NCBI RefSeq assembly: GCF_032444005.1
Contig: NC_091283.1
Span: 641,700,001 to 641,764,000 of the forward strand
Source: Ranitomeya imitator
Taxonomy: Eukaryota
Length of the DNA stretch: 64,000 nt
Direction: 5' to 3'
Both the position numbers and the translations under genes were made by a program. Shown piece after piece: positions 62,287 to 64,000 of the stretch (position 1 is its first letter; every line of letters starts with the position of its first letter). The notes beneath the pieces were generated by a model, which was given only the letters and a program-made list of their open reading frames with translations, did not search any database and was not told the DNA's origin.

Positions 62287-63999
62287 CTACAGGAAAGGAA
62301 CAAATGAAAGCTGCTCATTAAGGCCATTAGGGGCCATAGTGCCCAGTGCGACTATCCAACGGCACTCCATTTGTGCTAGGATGCGCTTAAGGTCCCCTCC
62401 TCTGTTACCCGCCTGTACCTTGTCAATCCCTCGTACCTTAAATGATGACGGATTACATGCATGATGAGACCTAAAATGTCTCGGGATGGTATGCAGTTCC
62501 GCCAAATCAAGCACATCTTTAGCCGCTATAATCCCCCTGACATGTTCCCGGACCCTGACACTGAGTTCCCGGGATGTTAAGCCTATATAAATTAAATTAC
62601 ATGCACATGTAGCGTAATATACTACATGGGTAGTACTACAGGAAATATAACTCATAATACGAAACTCCCTACCTCCCCCCGCTGCCGAAAAGTTAGTAGC
62701 TCTGATGACATTCTGACACGCCTTACAGGATCCGCACGGATAACACCCCCATCTTTGAGGTCCCGATCCGAAGATACCAGTTGTGGCAGGGACATAGTGA
62801 CTCCTCACCAACTGGTCCTTTAAACTCTTCCCCCTTCTAGCAGTAAGAAGCGGACGATCAGGCAGGATTTTATTAAGAATTGGTTCCGTTCTCAGTACCG
62901 ACCAGTGTCTCCGCAGAATCTCTCTCATCTCCTCCCACCTATTATTATAGGTGGAGATAAAACGCAACGGCTGCACTTTTTTAGATTGGGTAGGCCGGGG
63001 AGGTCTCCGAAGCAACTGATTCCTGGACGATGCTCTGGCCCTAAAGTACCCCTTTTTGATAACACGGTTACTATAGCCCCGATCCTGGAACCTCTCAGTA
63101 AGGTCCCGAGCCTGCCTCTCGAAGATCTCATCACCAGAGCAAATTCTCCTCATTCTAAGAAACTGACCCACAGGTATAGCACGAATCGTGGACCCCGTGT
63201 GTGCTGAAGTCGAATGTAGGAGAGCATTGACCGATGTCTCCTTGCGGAAAACATCGGTCTGTATCTCCCCATCTTTACTTCTCATGATTTTAATATCCAG
63301 GAAGTCAATCTCATTCTCTGCTATCCTGTGGGTCAGTCTGATATTCCGATTGTTCTGATTTAAAGCCTGGATGAAATCCACGAGTGCCACCTCGGGACCC
63401 CGCCAAATCATCAACACGTCGTCGATGTAACGATACCAGCACTGCACATGGGTCGCGGCGTCCACGCCCCCGCCGAAAACCTCCCTCTCCCAAAGACCGA
63501 GAAAGAGGTTAGCGTACGAGGGCGCACACGCCGCGCCCATGGCAGTGCCACGTTGCTGTAAAAAAAACCGGTCTTTAAATAAAAAGAAGTTATGCATTAA
63601 AACAAACTGTAGAAGCTCCAGGATCAGGGCCTGCAGCAGGGAGTCCAGGTTACTCATTCCCAGGAATAGTTCTACGGCTTCCAAGCCATCCATATGTTGA
63701 ATGCTCGTATAGAGAGATTCAGTGTCGACAGTGGCAAACACCATATCAGGTTCCAAGACAAGGCCATCAATCTTACCCAGATGCAAGTAAAGAAGCTGCG
63801 GAGACACCATCACGTGTTTCTCGACGCAAGCAATCTTACCCAGGACGTCCGTCGTGTCTCGGACATAGGAGGGGAGCGACTCAACTAAAGGTTGCAGATA
63901 ATGTTCAATAAATTTACACACAGGGTCACATAGCCCCCCTATGCCCGAGACAATCGGACGCCCCGGGGGTGTAACTGCGTTTTTATGAACCTTCGGCAG
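62287..63999 (-). CDS. Penelope RT + GIY-YIG endonuclease ORF (5'-partial)
   Basis: LPKVHK..GRPIVS, DTESLYTSI, GTAMGAACAPSYANLF, WYRYIDDVL, CYPCGSCKAC, VVYYATCACNLIYIGLT; no stops. Confidence 0.92.
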   Translation of the reverse strand: MPKVHKNAVTPPGRPIVSGIGGLCDPVCKFIEHYLQPLVESLPSYVRDTTDVLGKIACVEKHVMVSPQLLYLHLGKIDGLVLEPDMVFATVDTESLYTSIQHMDGLEAVELFLGMSNLDSLLQALILELLQFVLMHNFFLFKDRFFLQQRGTAMGAACAPSYANLFLGLWEREVFGGGVDAATHVQCWYRYIDDVLMIWRGPEVALVDFIQALNQNNRNIRLTHRIAENEIDFLDIKIMRSKDGEIQTDVFRKETSVNALLHSTSAHTGSTIRAIPVGQFLRMRRICSGDEIFERQARDLTERFQDRGYSNRVIKKGYFRARASSRNQLLRRPPRPTQSKKVQPLRFISTYNNRWEEMREILRRHWSVLRTEPILNKILPDRPLLTARRGKSLKDQLVRSHYVPATTGIFGSGPQRWGCYPCGSCKACQNVIRATNFSAAGGGREFRIMSYISCSTTHVVYYATCACNLIYIGLTSRELSVRVREHVRGIIAAKDVLDLAELHTIPRHFRSHHACNPSSFKVRGIDKVQAGNRGGDLKRILAQMECRWIVALGTMAPNGLNEQLSFVPFL

Positions 64000-64000
64000 C

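Larger units (their letters stand above)
60806..64000 (-). mobile_element. Penelope-like retroelement (runs off the window)
   Basis: RT-GIY-YIG ORF, downstream hammerhead motif, AT-rich tail with AATAAA. Confidence 0.9.

Overview
Eukaryotic, anuran (frog)-type genomic DNA. It contains part of a C2H2 zinc-finger gene cluster buried in dense, nested transposons. No prokaryotic genes, CRISPR arrays, rRNA or true tRNA genes were found. Host genes, all on the + strand: (i) two tandem terminal zinc-finger exons (3913-4886, 8 fingers; 8850-9574, 5 intact fingers plus a decayed tail) with no N-terminal exons visible between them; (ii) the 5' part of an amphibian FAX/KRAB-type ZNF gene, with a putative promoter at about 32.8-33.05 kb and coding exons at 38627, 43935, 49679, 50487 and 50725. 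Its KRAB-A exon is not visible, and its finger exon presumably lies beyond the window. Mobile DNA includes about 8 Tc1-type elements (two with intact DD34E transposases, one DD36E), PIF/Harbinger-like, TTAA T2/Kolobok-like, piggyBac-like and hAT-like non-autonomous elements, minisatellite-bearing Helitrons, tRNA-derived V-type SINEs that share their tail with a local L2, CR1, L2, a 3'-deleted L1 with a solo LTR, and a Penelope-like element with an open RT-GIY-YIG ORF. The most interesting signals are hammerhead-ribozyme motifs (one in sense within a ZNF intron), possible alternative finger cassettes and KRAB-exon loss, recurrent TAA/TTA asymmetric target-site duplications, modules shared across transposon superfamilies that carry consensus splice donors, and template-switch junctions. 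All calls were made by eye; family names are inferences without database searches, and coordinates of degenerate elements are approximate.
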